Positions 1 through 10,418 are shown, counted from the stretch's first letter. The stretch is DNA of 64,000 nt from a virus (IMGVR_UViG_2721755756_000002), one strand, 5' to 3'. Notes: generated from the sequence alone by a model not told the origin. Numbers and translations: made by a program.

Positions 1-107
1 CATTTTGTATAAAAAATGATGAATACGATTATACAAAGTACTCTTTTGATATTCCAAGTGAAATAAATAGGGAATACGAATATGCGATTTCTAATGATGT
101 TTCATTC

Positions 108-680
108 ATGGAAATTGATGGTGTAACTTATTTCGTGGCAGAAGAGAAATATCAAGATAGATATACAATGGAAAAGTATTTAGAAGCAATGAAGTATTAT
201 TATACTCCTAATTATAATAATGAAAAATTGAGCAAGGAAGCCCAAGACGAAGTTAATTATGGAATGATGCAATATCTACTTGCCTATATATCACCTGATT
301 ATAAGGGAAAAGATTATAAAACGATAATCCCGAAGGCTGAAAAAATAATAGGCTCCAGAAAAGAGTGGGAAAAGAATTACAAAGAAAATTTAGAACGCAA
401 TAGAGATTATGCAATCAAATTTATACCGGATAACCAACTCGCATCAATTAGAGAATTTGGAAAACAAGTAAAAGAACAAAAGGATGAAGAGATGCAAAAG
501 AAAAAGATTGAACCTGCCATAGGTATGACAGAAGAGGAAATAATTTCAGGCATGTGGGGATCTCCGAAAAGGAAAAACAAGGATGAATATTCATGGGGGA
601 CAGAAGAACAGTGGGTATATCCTAGTAGAGGTTATATTTATTTTAAAAATGGAATTGTAACAAGTATCCAACATAGATAA
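108..680 (+). CDS. hypothetical Lys/Glu-rich protein; belongs to neighbouring unit left of the lysogeny switch
   Basis: 190-aa ORF ending before a 1.2-kb non-coding block; no recognisable motif. Confidence 0.45.
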   Translation: MEIDGVTYFVAEEKYQDRYTMEKYLEAMKYYYTPNYNNEKLSKEAQDEVNYGMMQYLLAYISPDYKGKDYKTIIPKAEKIIGSRKEWEKNYKENLERNRDYAIKFIPDNQLASIREFGKQVKEQKDEEMQKKKIEPAIGMTEEEIISGMWGSPKRKNKDEYSWGTEEQWVYPSRGYIYFKNGIVTSIQHR

Positions 681-724
681 CGAGACAGACACACTAGAAC
701 AGCGGAGTCGTGATTTTCCTTTTC

Positions 725-760
725 TTTGGAGTATATATATTTATATATATACTCTTTCTT
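725..760. repeat. perfect AT-rich palindrome GAGTATATATA-ttt-TATATATACTC
   Basis: 11-bp arms directly downstream of ORF 108-680; weak terminator or binding site. Confidence 0.4.
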
Positions 761-1458
761 TTATATAATATAATAACCTTTATAAGTAAAATGTATAAGT
801 AATATTAAAGTGTAATATTATTTGACTTTATATTTACTTGTCTTTTTATTATTCACTACGTTCATAATAAAAGAGACAAGTTCGAGCCTTACTCACTACG
901 TTCGTAGTCTCGGATAGTCTATATCGACAAAGAATGATAGATATTAAAAGTGTACTTATTATGATAATTGAATAAATATTCACTGATATATAAAATGTGA
1001 GATTGGTTGTATGACCCTTAAATTGATTATAAGCCTTGAATCAATCCGTTTGAGAGACTTTTGGATGCTTGGTGAGTATTTGTCTATCAGAAGTTAATTG
1101 CGAAGCTTATACGATTAAAATTCAGTGGTAGTATAGAAACGGTTTGAATAAATGAGCTGACGATCATAAATTGGTAAAGAGGGTGATTTTATAATACACC
1201 CCTTATTTTTGCCTGTATGGGCAGAGTATAAGATAGAGATGAGTATCAGGTAGGGGAAAGGGATTAAAGCTTGCTGAACGGGTCATTTGAAGGCTTATAT
1301 CAAATTTTAAGATTAGATCGTTGGTGCTATATGTTTTTTTTGTACAATTATAAGACAGATCGTTCATTGCTGCATAATTAGCATCAAGAGGTGATAAAGT
1401 GCAATATCGAATCAACATAATAATCAACATAAAAATACAACAGGAAAATCACTGTTTT

Positions 1459-1484
1459 CAAGCTCTTTTTGAGCTCTTTTTTTG
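1459..1484 (+). terminator. rho-independent terminator (agctc-ttttt-gagct + T-run)
   Basis: 5-bp GC-containing stem, 5-nt loop, followed by a T-run. Confidence 0.5.
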
Positions 1485-1690
1485 TTGGATAAAACAGGGT
1501 AAAATCATAGGAAAAATCGTGCGAAAAATAGCCTGAAAATATATGTAAAAGAGGTGATTGAAAGAAGGAGAATAAAAGTACCAGGAATAAACATGCCCCC
1601 CCCTTTATAATGATGAGAAAAAGCCTATAGATAAAGGATAATTTGAATATTGTGTGCGTTGACTAGGTGGGCGGTTTTTCAGCGATTTAC

Positions 1691-1718
1691 AAAAAAAAGA
1701 GGTAGTAAACTACCCCCA
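1691..1718 (-). terminator. probable minus-strand terminator (A-run + ggtag/ctacc hairpin on + strand)
   Basis: hairpin followed by a T-run when read on the minus strand; downstream of the leftward HTH genes. Confidence 0.4.
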
Positions 1719-1919
1719 TCGGTCGTTAGAATAGGCATTTTAACTTGCCGATGCCATAAGCATACCAATTAGCTTGAATTTTAGTGATATTGCTAAAATT
1801 GTCACAAATAACAATTTTGATAAAATGCCAAGCTTGCTTTGCAACTATACGTAGCACTACTATACTTTACACTACTTTATCTTATACCACGATATAACAT
1901 TTACATAATTTGTCCTATC

Positions 1920-2186
1920 TCATTGCTGCTCTTTATCTGCTGGATCCATGGCTGGGTTAATGTCATACTCGTTGTAAGACACAAGCTCTTTATCAGTCCT
2001 ATTGTCTATTATTGATACTCTACAGTTATACTCTGAACATAGCTCCACTAAGTCTTTAAGATATATTTTATCTTTGATTATCTTCTGGTGTAGGTTACTT
2101 TTACTTGTACCCTTTAACGTTGCATAGCTAGTCAAGTTAATGCCTTTTATCTTAATAAAGCCTTTTGTTTTGGCTTTTATACTCAT
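1920..2186 (-). CDS. small HTH-like regulator
   Basis: 88 aa; segment ATLKGTSKSNLHQKI...LVELCSEYNCRVSIID resembles helices 2-3 plus C-terminal helix of XRE-type HTH; minus-strand orientation typical of a lysogeny module. Confidence 0.45.
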   Translation of the reverse strand: MSIKAKTKGFIKIKGINLTSYATLKGTSKSNLHQKIIKDKIYLKDLVELCSEYNCRVSIIDNRTDKELVSYNEYDINPAMDPADKEQQ

Positions 2187-2271
2187 TGTTTCACATCCTT
2201 TTTTTTATGCCTATATATAGAAAGCTAAATGCATAAAAACAAATTTACAAAAATATTTTTAAAAAAGTTTA

Positions 2272-2300
2272 GAAAAAAGCTTTACACAAGTTTAGATATT
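2272..2300 (+). promoter_or_regulatory. sigma70-like promoter TTTACA-17-TAAACT with embedded palindrome AGTTTAG-n7-CTAAACT
   Basis: 17-bp spacer; 21-bp palindrome overlaps the spacer and -10 box (operator-like). Confidence 0.45.
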
Positions 2301-2416
2301 TGCTAAACTATAGGTGTCAAAGGACAGGACGCAATAAAGGCTACCAACCAAACGCACCTATCCAATGACAGAAATAACCTTTACAAAAACATTTTTAAAA
2401 AAGTTTTGAAAAAAGG

Positions 2417-2445
2417 TTGACAAGGTAACCAAAATTGGTTATCAT
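2417..2445 (+). promoter_or_regulatory. sigma70-like promoter TTGACA-17-TATCAT with embedded 20-bp palindrome GGTAACCAAAATTGGTTAtC
   Basis: near-consensus -35 and -10 boxes; exact 17-bp spacer; palindrome in spacer; a second GGTAACC repeat lies just downstream (2456-2480). Confidence 0.55.
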
Positions 2446-2475
2446 GTAATCGTAAGGTAACCAAAGATGGTAACC

Positions 2476-2700
2476 TTACAGAAAATCATCACTAGAAATA
2501 GTAGAAATTGAATTGCCGTTCTTATCGACTATTTCCAGTGAATAACCAAGGTATTCACAAAGCTTTACTAAGTTTACGGCTTTAACATTCTGGTTAAAGG
2601 TTCGATTAAAATGTTGCTTGAAAATTCCAGTTTTCTTACAATATCCGGCCTTAGTTTTACCAGTTTGTTCTAAAAGCTGATTGACTTTATCTAATAACAT
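2476..2700 (-). CDS. XRE-family HTH transcriptional regulator (Cro/CI-type)
   Basis: 74 aa; GKTKAGYCKKTGIFKQHF...NLVKLCEYLGYSLEIV fits the HTH_XRE pattern; GGAGG RBS 8 nt upstream on the minus strand. Confidence 0.7.
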   Translation of the reverse strand: MLLDKVNQLLEQTGKTKAGYCKKTGIFKQHFNRTFNQNVKAVNLVKLCEYLGYSLEIVDKNGNSISTISSDDFL

Positions 2701-3345
2701 TTGTGAAAACCTCCAGTCAGTAGGTCGACATAAAGAACCTACACGTTATAACTGATAGACAACAGGCCATTCGGGCGTGCCTACCAATCAATAAAAATCG
2801 TACCGGCGCTAACCTGTGACGTTAACAGGATTCAAGAATTTGGCTCTTTGACAATCGAATCAGCAACCCGAACTATAAAGCAATCCACCTATAAGGTGAG
2901 CGCTTGGAATCCTCCTGCCAAGTTGTGGAGGGTTTTCCCAAAAAGGGTAATCATAGGGTGTTTGCTGATACTGTTTAGTGCCTATCGGTACAATGACAGT
3001 ATAAATAAAATAACAAGAAAAGTCAATTCCTGTATGGCTATGAAAATAAAAAGGCGTGCGCCTTAATTGCACTTGTGCCGTTTTCCTTGGACGAGTGCAG
3101 CAATACCACAGAATGCGCTTATTCCGCAAAAAATGGTACTTAGAATGAGTAAAACAATTTTTAACACGCCTTTGTACTATGGAGTTTTTTCATAATACAC
3201 GCCTCCTTTCGTGAATCTAAAGGGGCAAAACAATTATATCATAGCTACGCAGTTTTGAAAATAGAGGCTCAATGCCTCATGTATAAAATGGATTAGTAAC
3301 AAGGTCGGTGAATAACTGGCCTTTTGTAATAGGAGGAAAGAAAAT

Positions 3346-3597
3346 ATGGAAATGTATGAATTAGTACCTACAAATCAAAAGAGTTTTTATGGCAAAGCTA
3401 TCGTGGTAAGAGACGAAGCAGGAAATAAAACACTATATAGTTATAACACACCAATTATCAAACGTTCTAATTCTGGTGAGCTTGTCAGATTATGGGATGG
3501 TTGGAGTGCTACAACAGGCAGACATATAAAAGCTTTTTGTGGATTGAATAAGGCAGGTTTCATGGCCTTACCAGCACAAAATACAGGAGGAAAATAA
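3346..3597 (+). CDS. hypothetical early protein
   Basis: ORF with AGGAGG RBS; first gene of a long + strand early operon. Confidence 0.5.
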   Translation: MEMYELVPTNQKSFYGKAIVVRDEAGNKTLYSYNTPIIKRSNSGELVRLWDGWSATTGRHIKAFCGLNKAGFMALPAQNTGGK

Positions 3598-3599
3598 GA

Positions 3600-4091
3600 A
3601 TGTTAGATGGTACAAAAAAATATAGCATGGAGAAGTTTGGGAAGAAATGTTTTTTGTTAGGTCAAGACAAGGATGGAATTAACTATTTCCTTGAGGCAGC
3701 CACATGGGATTGTGAATGGTACTGGGGTGGTGGATATGTAGAAACATACACAAATAACTGTAATCCGGTATTATCAAAAGATATTAAAAGTCACCAACAT
3801 TTTGATGGGCTTTTCTTTGGTGGACGAAAAAATGGCTTTGATACATTTAAGGAATTTCTGCCAGTTAATCCTTTTACTGATTCGGAAATTTGGCAAATAT
3901 GCGAATTGATGAAATCGTTTTATATAGCGCGAAAGTATGCCGATATGGTTTATACAGGCGGTGCACATTATACAAAAAATCCAGCTGCTGAAATTATCAA
4001 ATCAGAAGACGAGTACAAGCGTATAAATAACATCGTAATCCCAGCTATTATGGAATCATTATATAAAATTTTGGAGGAGGTAGCAGCATGA
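3600..4091 (+). CDS. hypothetical protein
   Basis: 163-aa ORF tightly packed with the preceding ORF. Confidence 0.5.
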   Translation: MLDGTKKYSMEKFGKKCFLLGQDKDGINYFLEAATWDCEWYWGGGYVETYTNNCNPVLSKDIKSHQHFDGLFFGGRKNGFDTFKEFLPVNPFTDSEIWQICELMKSFYIARKYADMVYTGGAHYTKNPAAEIIKSEDEYKRINNIVIPAIMESLYKILEEVAA

Positions 4092-4336
4092 AAACACTGT
4101 ATCAGCGACTTGTTGAGGTCATGAAACCAGAAGAAATCGACCATCACAGCAGTGACCTGTATGTAAGGATAACAAAAGAAAGCAAACGAATCATTGACGA
4201 ATACTATGCAGAACATCCAGAGTTACATAAACATATGTTTGTAAGTATTTTTGAATCAAATATACCACCTCGTTGTTTGTGGTATGACATCGCATTTGCA
4301 TATGACCCATTCTGGGAGGAGGCGAGCAAAAAATGA
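4088..4336 (+). CDS. hypothetical protein
   Basis: ATGA overlap with upstream ORF (translational coupling). Confidence 0.5.
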   Translation: MKTLYQRLVEVMKPEEIDHHSSDLYVRITKESKRIIDEYYAEHPELHKHMFVSIFESNIPPRCLWYDIAFAYDPFWEEASKK

Positions 4337-4521
4337 AAAAGGCAGGAACAATCTTTACACTATTACTTGTTGCGTTGGTCTTAGCAACGTTTACAGCAGG
4401 ATTTTATTGTGGGCAGCAGCATACACTTGACAATCAAATTGTAACTAACACCGATCGCACGGAAGGAAACTACCTTGTGGATCTAAACGGGAAAACATAC
4501 TACTACTGGTATGAGGAATAG
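4333..4521 (+). CDS. small membrane protein (N-terminal TM helix)
   Basis: hydrophobic stretch IFTLLLVALVLATFTAGFY; ATGA overlap with upstream ORF. Confidence 0.45.
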   Translation: MKKAGTIFTLLLVALVLATFTAGFYCGQQHTLDNQIVTNTDRTEGNYLVDLNGKTYYYWYEE

Positions 4522-4768
4522 GGAAGGTAGGAAAGTAATGAAAAATTTACCAAGTGGGTACAAAAACGGGCAGTATATGCTTGTGAAGTCCATTGTGCAA
4601 AAGTATGCACATATGGCGAAAGAAGTACAACTGATTAAATGCAATACTATGTATAGAACGTTTGCACCTGAAGAGCTTATATCAGCAGAGCTGTATGGGC
4701 ACTGGCATGTACATACGTTTGATTACAACCCTGTGACATGTTCATTAGGGATATGGACTGTAGAATAA
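4511..4768 (+). CDS. hypothetical protein
   Basis: 85-aa ORF ending inside the terminator hairpin. Confidence 0.45.
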   Translation: MRNREGRKVMKNLPSGYKNGQYMLVKSIVQKYAHMAKEVQLIKCNTMYRTFAPEELISAELYGHWHVHTFDYNPVTCSLGIWTVE

Positions 4769-4783
4769 CTACAGTCTTTTTTA
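4755..4783 (+). terminator. rho-independent terminator (gactgtag-aataa-ctacagtc + T7)
   Basis: 8-bp perfect stem followed by a T-run. Confidence 0.6.
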
Positions 4784-4880
4784 TTAAACTAATCCATTTT
4801 AAACACGAGGTATTGAGCTGTGCACGGTATTTTGTACCGTGTCATAAGACAATGTAAAATAAAAGAAAGAGGTAATATAA

Positions 4881-5162
4881 ATGAAATTATCAGAATTAAA
4901 AAAAGAGCCGTTTAAATGGGAAGATATGCCTTCATATTTCCGCTTAGGGAATAGTAGATATTGTACATTTATTAAGCTTTCCAGTGTAAAAGAATGTTCT
5001 AATCCATATGCTTATATCGAAGAAGAGCCATGTCAGAATCATATTTGCAGGGTATTAAGCCCAGAAAAAACATACAATGAAGCTCTTGTAATTAGAGATG
5101 ATGGAACGGTATGGAAAATTCGTTTAGATTGTTTTAAAGATGTCGTTTTATTAGCATTTTAA
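4881..5162 (+). CDS. hypothetical protein
   Basis: 93-aa ORF with RBS. Confidence 0.45.
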   Translation: MKLSELKKEPFKWEDMPSYFRLGNSRYCTFIKLSSVKECSNPYAYIEEEPCQNHICRVLSPEKTYNEALVIRDDGTVWKIRLDCFKDVVLLAF

Positions 5163-6028
5163 AAAAAATGTTTTACAAAAATACTTTTTACATTGTCTTG
5201 TGATACGGCATAAGCCGTATGCAGATTTGTTGGATAACAACCGACCATCTGCAGTTGGTGTGAGGAGGTGAAACCATGAAAAAATCATACCAACTAAAAA
5301 AGCCCGTAAAGCGTGTACTATGGTTGACGGCCACGGTACTACTTGGGGCTTTTGTCTTCACGACTAATAGGGCACTTCTCATTTCATGGCTGGCAGTGCT
5401 GCTATTAGCCACGCTATCTATTGATTTTTAATAGATAGCTCAAGGGGTGGAGGTTGATATCTCCATCCCTACTATATCAAAAATACAGTAATTATACAAT
5501 ATAAAAAAGAAGGCTAACCCACGACAGCCGCCTTCAATACTCATTCTACAACAATTCGCCATTGGTGGCAAGGAGGAAACAAAATGACAAGAGAAGAATT
5601 TGTAAATAATACTGGATGGAAAATGACATATGAAGAATTCCTTATGTGTGATTGTACAATTTGTAATAAAAAGGATTGTGTGCACAGGGATGCATTTAGA
5701 AGAATGCCCCGCATAGATGGCGGTCTGGGGCTTTGTCCTAATTTAAAGAAAGTGCAATGAGTAATTATGAGGGGTTCTTCCCCTCTTCCCTAAGTGGGAA
5801 AGGAGGATGAAAAAGTGAAAACATATAGAGCAGAAATTGAGGATGATAATTTTGAAATTATTTTTGCAGATAACGATTATGATGCTATGGAAGAATATTT
5901 GAATCTGTCAAAAGAAGGTCACGATATTTTCAATTTATTCGAGTTAAATGAAGACAATGATGTAATAAGGACGATTGCGTAATCAAATAAGGGCATAGGA
6001 GACATAATTTAAAAGGAGGAAACCCAAA

Positions 6029-6316
6029 ATGAAGGGTAGCGAACAAGTGTCAAACAAGTATTCAGTTAATTATCATTCAGGTATTACATATGAGTTTGAT
6101 AACGTTTGTGAAGCAATGAAGTTTGCAGATAATAATGCAGGATATTCACAGCGTAATATCACGATCGAAGATAAATTGGGTAACACAATCGCTGAACGTA
6201 CCTGGTATGGTTGTAAAGATGGAATCAGCCTTTGTGAAAATCCTATCTCGTTTGGTGATTTTGGATTTTATGATGATTGGTGTACTTTTGATGTAAGAGA
6301 AAGGTTAAAGTCATGA
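6029..6316 (+). CDS. hypothetical protein
   Basis: ORF with AGGAGG RBS. Confidence 0.45.
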   Translation: MKGSEQVSNKYSVNYHSGITYEFDNVCEAMKFADNNAGYSQRNITIEDKLGNTIAERTWYGCKDGISLCENPISFGDFGFYDDWCTFDVRERLKS

Positions 6317-6576
6317 AGAATAATGAAAGAGAAGTCACGCTTAAAATGATTAAACAGCAGGTAGAAATATGGGGTGATTATTATTATGAGGAAGGTGAAT
6401 ACAGAGACGATACGATATTTCTTGAGACTGAAAACGGTGACACTGCAATATATGACCCCTATGTGAGTGAGTGCATGAGGTTTGATGTTGACCCTGTTAA
6501 ATATTATGGTAAGCAAGCGTACGAGGATTGGCTGGGAAAAATGGCAGAACATATCAGAAAAAACGGAGTGAAATAG
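6313..6576 (+). CDS. hypothetical protein
   Basis: ATGA-coupled to the upstream ORF. Confidence 0.45.
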   Translation: MKNNEREVTLKMIKQQVEIWGDYYYEEGEYRDDTIFLETENGDTAIYDPYVSECMRFDVDPVKYYGKQAYEDWLGKMAEHIRKNGVK

Positions 6577-7011
6577 CCATGAGATGGATAGAAAGAGGGT
6601 AAAAGGATGAAATTAGATGGCACAAAAATCATAATTGAAAGCAGACGGGAAATTGATTTGCTGCAAGATATGATAGATTTATATACTAAGAATAATAAAG
6701 ACATTAGCGAATCAGCAAAGCGTGAACTTCTGAAGTTAAAGGGGCAACTTGAAGGTTTATGGTTTTGTTGGTAAGAAGAACATGTATTCAAAATTTTAGG
6801 AGGACAAAGGGATGCAAAAGAAGCGATATAAAGATAATTACGGCGGTGGCTTATCTATTTCAAAATGTCAGACAGGCGGTTTCCGCCTTAAGTGTTGGAT
6901 ATATACAGGCGAAGTGTATTATAACAAGGTTTTGAAGACAGAGCTTGCTTGTAAACAGCAGATGGGTAGATTGACAGATGGGTATGTGGAAGTGAAGTAG
7001 GAGGTAAGAGG

Positions 7012-7302
7012 ATGAATGATATACATTATTATGAACTATGCTTCTTCCATGACGAAGACGATTCAATGGCAACACAAGGAAGATGCAGCTTTTGCATAAA
7101 AACTGAAATATCGCCTGTTATTTCTAACGATGTAGCATTAAGTATTTTGTTTGGTGATAATCCGTCTGAGTACGATAAAGTATTGATGGCTAATTTAACA
7201 TGCATAATCGAAGTAACTGCCGAGGAAGCAAAATGGTTATTTGATACTGACGGTCTTACTATACGAATCGAAAAGGAATATGGTGTATTTTATACACGAT
7301 AA
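7012..7302 (+). CDS. hypothetical protein
   Basis: 96-aa ORF with RBS. Confidence 0.45.
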   Translation: MNDIHYYELCFFHDEDDSMATQGRCSFCIKTEISPVISNDVALSILFGDNPSEYDKVLMANLTCIIEVTAEEAKWLFDTDGLTIRIEKEYGVFYTR

Positions 7303-7326
7303 TCAAAATAAAAGGAGTGATTTTTA

Positions 7327-7542
7327 ATGGAAATTCATTTTTTTAAATTAACTGTGCTCGATGCACTTGTTATAGATGGGAAACGTTATAAAAATGTTAA
7401 AGCTTTCAAATTAGAAATATTGGAAGATGGAGAAGTGGAAATAACATTTGATGCTGATAATGTAAAGACTACTTTAAGAGGACGTGCTGATGCTACTGTT
7501 CAAGTTTTAATGGGATTTGAGGAAAGTGAAGTTATTGAATAG
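7327..7542 (+). CDS. hypothetical protein
   Basis: 71-aa ORF followed by a hairpin. Confidence 0.4.
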   Translation: MEIHFFKLTVLDALVIDGKRYKNVKAFKLEILEDGEVEITFDADNVKTTLRGRADATVQVLMGFEESEVIE

Positions 7543-7585
7543 TTAAAAAAAGAAAGACAACTACAAAGTTGCCTTTTCACTAGAG

Positions 7586-7852
7586 CTATAATAAATTAAC
7601 ATAAGCTATTCGCTGATGGATTTTACCATTCCAGTGCTCATTAAAAATTTTGAAAACACGGAATTTCTGAGACATCGAATTGGTTAGGATATCTCCAATC
7701 TCAATATTGGTAGTAGGACGAAATCCTATAATGGGAATCCCTTCATGTTCTCCATAAATCCCAATGGTGTTCTCTACTAAAATATCATTACGATGAATTT
7801 CATAGGACTCCCCATTGATTTTTAAAGCTATTTCTAGTGGTTCCAAGCTCAT
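7586..7852 (-). CDS. hypothetical protein; isolated minus-strand gene inside the + strand early operon
   Basis: 88-aa ORF with its own flanking intergenic spacers; convergent with the upstream + genes. Confidence 0.45.
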   Translation of the reverse strand: MSLEPLEIALKINGESYEIHRNDILVENTIGIYGEHEGIPIIGFRPTTNIEIGDILTNSMSQKFRVFKIFNEHWNGKIHQRIAYVNLL

Positions 7853-7925
7853 AAATTACACCCCTTTTATTTAAGTATAACAGAAATAGGGGTGTTTTAA
7901 AATAAAAAGGAAAGAAGGTATTCAT

Positions 7926-8648
7926 ATGAAGTCAAATGAAATAAAACCTCTCGTTTGGAATAATGAGAGGGTTTTGACAACAAAACAAATAGCAGAAGCT
8001 TATGGTTGTAAAGAAAAACAGATAAGACAAAACTTTAACAATCATAAAGACCGCTATAAAGAAGGTAAACACTATTATACGTTAAAAGGGAGTGATTTAA
8101 AATTCTTTAAGGATTATGTTAACTCAATGGAGTACGTCGATAACATCGACTTAGTTGATAAACGAGCACCGCATACAACTATATACACTAAAAAGGGTGC
8201 GTTTATGGCGGCTAAGCTTATTGACACAGATAAAGCGTGGGATATGTACGAACAGCTTGTTGACCACTATTTCACTGTGAATGATGCTGTCAATAAGCCA
8301 GCTCTTCCATCAGATCCAAATGAAATACTCAAGCTGATTGTACAAGCAAACGAAAATGTCTCTAAACGTGTTACAGCTATTGAACAGGATAATATCGTTA
8401 TGAAGGAACAAATGAGCACTATAAATGATGTTATCATCCTTTCAGCTGAGCATTGGGAGGAGGTCAAGAAAGTCGTAATGGAAAGAGTACATGGCATAAC
8501 AGGGAATGTATCTAAACAAAGAAAACTGTATAGGGGATTATGGAAGGCTATGCAGGAACGATATAATGTTACAAAGTGTAAGCAGATTAAGGACAAAGAT
8601 TATGCAGATGCTATTGAATTTATCAATAATTGGGAAGGAGTAAGCTGA
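7926..8648 (+). CDS. phage antirepressor-like protein (ORF6N domain)
   Basis: N-terminus LVWNNERVLTTKQIAEAYGC...HYYTLKGSDLKFF...KLIDTDKAWDMYEQLVDHYF matches the ORF6N/Ant pattern. Confidence 0.65.
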   Translation: MKSNEIKPLVWNNERVLTTKQIAEAYGCKEKQIRQNFNNHKDRYKEGKHYYTLKGSDLKFFKDYVNSMEYVDNIDLVDKRAPHTTIYTKKGAFMAAKLIDTDKAWDMYEQLVDHYFTVNDAVNKPALPSDPNEILKLIVQANENVSKRVTAIEQDNIVMKEQMSTINDVIILSAEHWEEVKKVVMERVHGITGNVSKQRKLYRGLWKAMQERYNVTKCKQIKDKDYADAIEFINNWEGVS

Positions 8649-8649
8649 C

Positions 8650-9591
8650 ATGGAAGAAAAATTGAGATTAGCGTTATTTACAGAAAGAACAAATGTTTTT
8701 ATCCATGGAGATGATGTTGATGTGGACAATCCAAAATATACCATGGATATAGTAGGTAATAAGCTTTATTATCGTCATCCAAGGTTTAGTGAAGCGCTGG
8801 TGGAGTTTCCGCTTGAATTTGCATTTCAAAATTTGCCAGATGAATATTTAACTGAACATGCGAAAGTATATTTTTGTACATGTAACTGGTACGAGCGTAA
8901 TATATCTTGGGCGAAACCATATTGTAATTTATGGGATTTCGGAGGGTTAGACAACTTTTATGGAAGGACTGCTGATGATACATGGGCAGTATATGAAGAT
9001 TTTTATGATTTTGTGAAAGAGCTGTCAGTAGAAAACAGGGAATATCTGGACTTGTTGATCGCTTTGAATAAATATTCTGGTGATGAAGGAGATGGATTTG
9101 AACAATATGGTAAAATCAGTGAAATTCCGGATGTTATCCCTTTAGCTTACACAACATCTGATAATGGAGATTTTGAGGTTCGAGTAGAATTTGACCTGAA
9201 AAATTTAAAATGGAAAGAATATATAAATGAAGATTTATTCAGGGAAGAAAAGATGTCTTTGCACGATTTTATTGACAAACTTAATGAATGCGAATTTATG
9301 ATAGTGTTGCATGATGTACTTGCAGCTGCAAATATAATCGAGGAGAATAACGATATGAGCAAATATGAGATGGTTGGGACTTATACAGATAATAAAACAG
9401 GTACACAATCTGTTTTGACATGTAGTATTGAAGATAACACGGTTGTGTTCAATAATTTTAATAAAGGTAATGCAGGTTCGTGGACAGATAGATTTCCATT
9501 AGACGAGGCGATAGGTGAAAAGCATAACGGAGAGAAATGGTTTTCTTTGCTTTATAATTGGCTCCATGATGGAAGGAGGTACATTAAATGA
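8650..9591 (+). CDS. hypothetical protein (313 aa)
   Basis: long ORF; no recognisable motif. Confidence 0.55.
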   Translation: MEEKLRLALFTERTNVFIHGDDVDVDNPKYTMDIVGNKLYYRHPRFSEALVEFPLEFAFQNLPDEYLTEHAKVYFCTCNWYERNISWAKPYCNLWDFGGLDNFYGRTADDTWAVYEDFYDFVKELSVENREYLDLLIALNKYSGDEGDGFEQYGKISEIPDVIPLAYTTSDNGDFEVRVEFDLKNLKWKEYINEDLFREEKMSLHDFIDKLNECEFMIVLHDVLAAANIIEENNDMSKYEMVGTYTDNKTGTQSVLTCSIEDNTVVFNNFNKGNAGSWTDRFPLDEAIGEKHNGEKWFSLLYNWLHDGRRYIK

Positions 9592-9884
9592 GTGCTTGGA
9601 ATTCTAGAATGGTATATCTTTTGACTGAGGAGTACATAAAAGATACCAGTGTGTTTCAAAGCAGTATTATATGTGCTTCTACAGATAAACAGTTTTGTAA
9701 TGAACAGATGAAAGAGTTGATTAAAGCTGACATATATGAGCTTTTCAAGGAAAATGGTGCAAATCAATTAGACAATAATACTATTTGTTCTTGCAATGAG
9801 GATTCCGAGGAATATGTCATTTATCAAATTCATGAATTTGAGCTTAACAAGCCATGGGTTGATTTTAGAGACAGCTCACAATAG
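9588..9884 (+). CDS. hypothetical protein
   Basis: ATGA-coupled ORF. Confidence 0.45.
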   Translation: MSAWNSRMVYLLTEEYIKDTSVFQSSIICASTDKQFCNEQMKELIKADIYELFKENGANQLDNNTICSCNEDSEEYVIYQIHEFELNKPWVDFRDSSQ

Positions 9885-9890
9885 GAGGAA

Positions 9891-10415
9891 GTGAATATGA
9901 GATATAAAATTGGAGATCAGGTGAAGGTTAGAAGAGATTTAGTGGTTGGAAGGGATTATAATGGTTACACTTTTCTGTCGGAAATGGAAAAATGTAGAGG
10001 AAAAATTCTATTTGTATTTGACTATATAGAAGGAGGATATAAACTGACAAATGCTCCGATTACATGGACAGAAGAAATGTTTGAAACACTTGATGTTAAA
10101 GGTCTTAATAGTCTTGAAAATGGTATGACTTGTGAATTGAGAGATGGAGTTATTTGTAAATTATTGGAAAACGGATATGGCACATATTTTCTTCACAAAA
10201 ATGGAATCTTATCCACTGATTTAGATGAAGAGTATTATGATGACTTAACTTCACGTTCTGATAGCGATAATGATATTATGAAAATTAGTGTAAGTGATAA
10301 TCCTTTTGATTTCACGCATGGGGCAATCATATGGGAACGTGAAGAGGCTGTTGAAATGACTTTGGATGAGATTGAAGAAGCACTTGGATATAAAGTTAAA
10401 ATTGTAGGAAGCTAA
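9891..10415 (+). CDS. hypothetical protein
   Basis: 174-aa ORF with RBS. Confidence 0.5.
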   Translation: MNMRYKIGDQVKVRRDLVVGRDYNGYTFLSEMEKCRGKILFVFDYIEGGYKLTNAPITWTEEMFETLDVKGLNSLENGMTCELRDGVICKLLENGYGTYFLHKNGILSTDLDEEYYDDLTSRSDSDNDIMKISVSDNPFDFTHGAIIWEREEAVEMTLDEIEEALGYKVKIVGS

Positions 10416-10418
10416 GGG

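Noticed and set aside
2848-3129. Overlapping ORFs 2848-3066 (+) and 2860-3129 (-)
   Set aside because: They mirror each other, have no RBS and show odd composition. They are probably non-coding leader sequence.
3063-3197. Minus-strand small ORF with a perfect AAAGGAGG RBS
   Set aside because: Careful translation shows a stop after 10 codons (MKKLHSTKAC*). It is not a gene.
8267-8744. Minus-strand ORFs inside + strand genes (e.g. 8267-8596, 19091-19369, 23432-23863, 52216-52731, 35493-35876)
   Set aside because: They lie entirely antisense to well-supported genes, show low-complexity composition and lack RBS. They are spurious.
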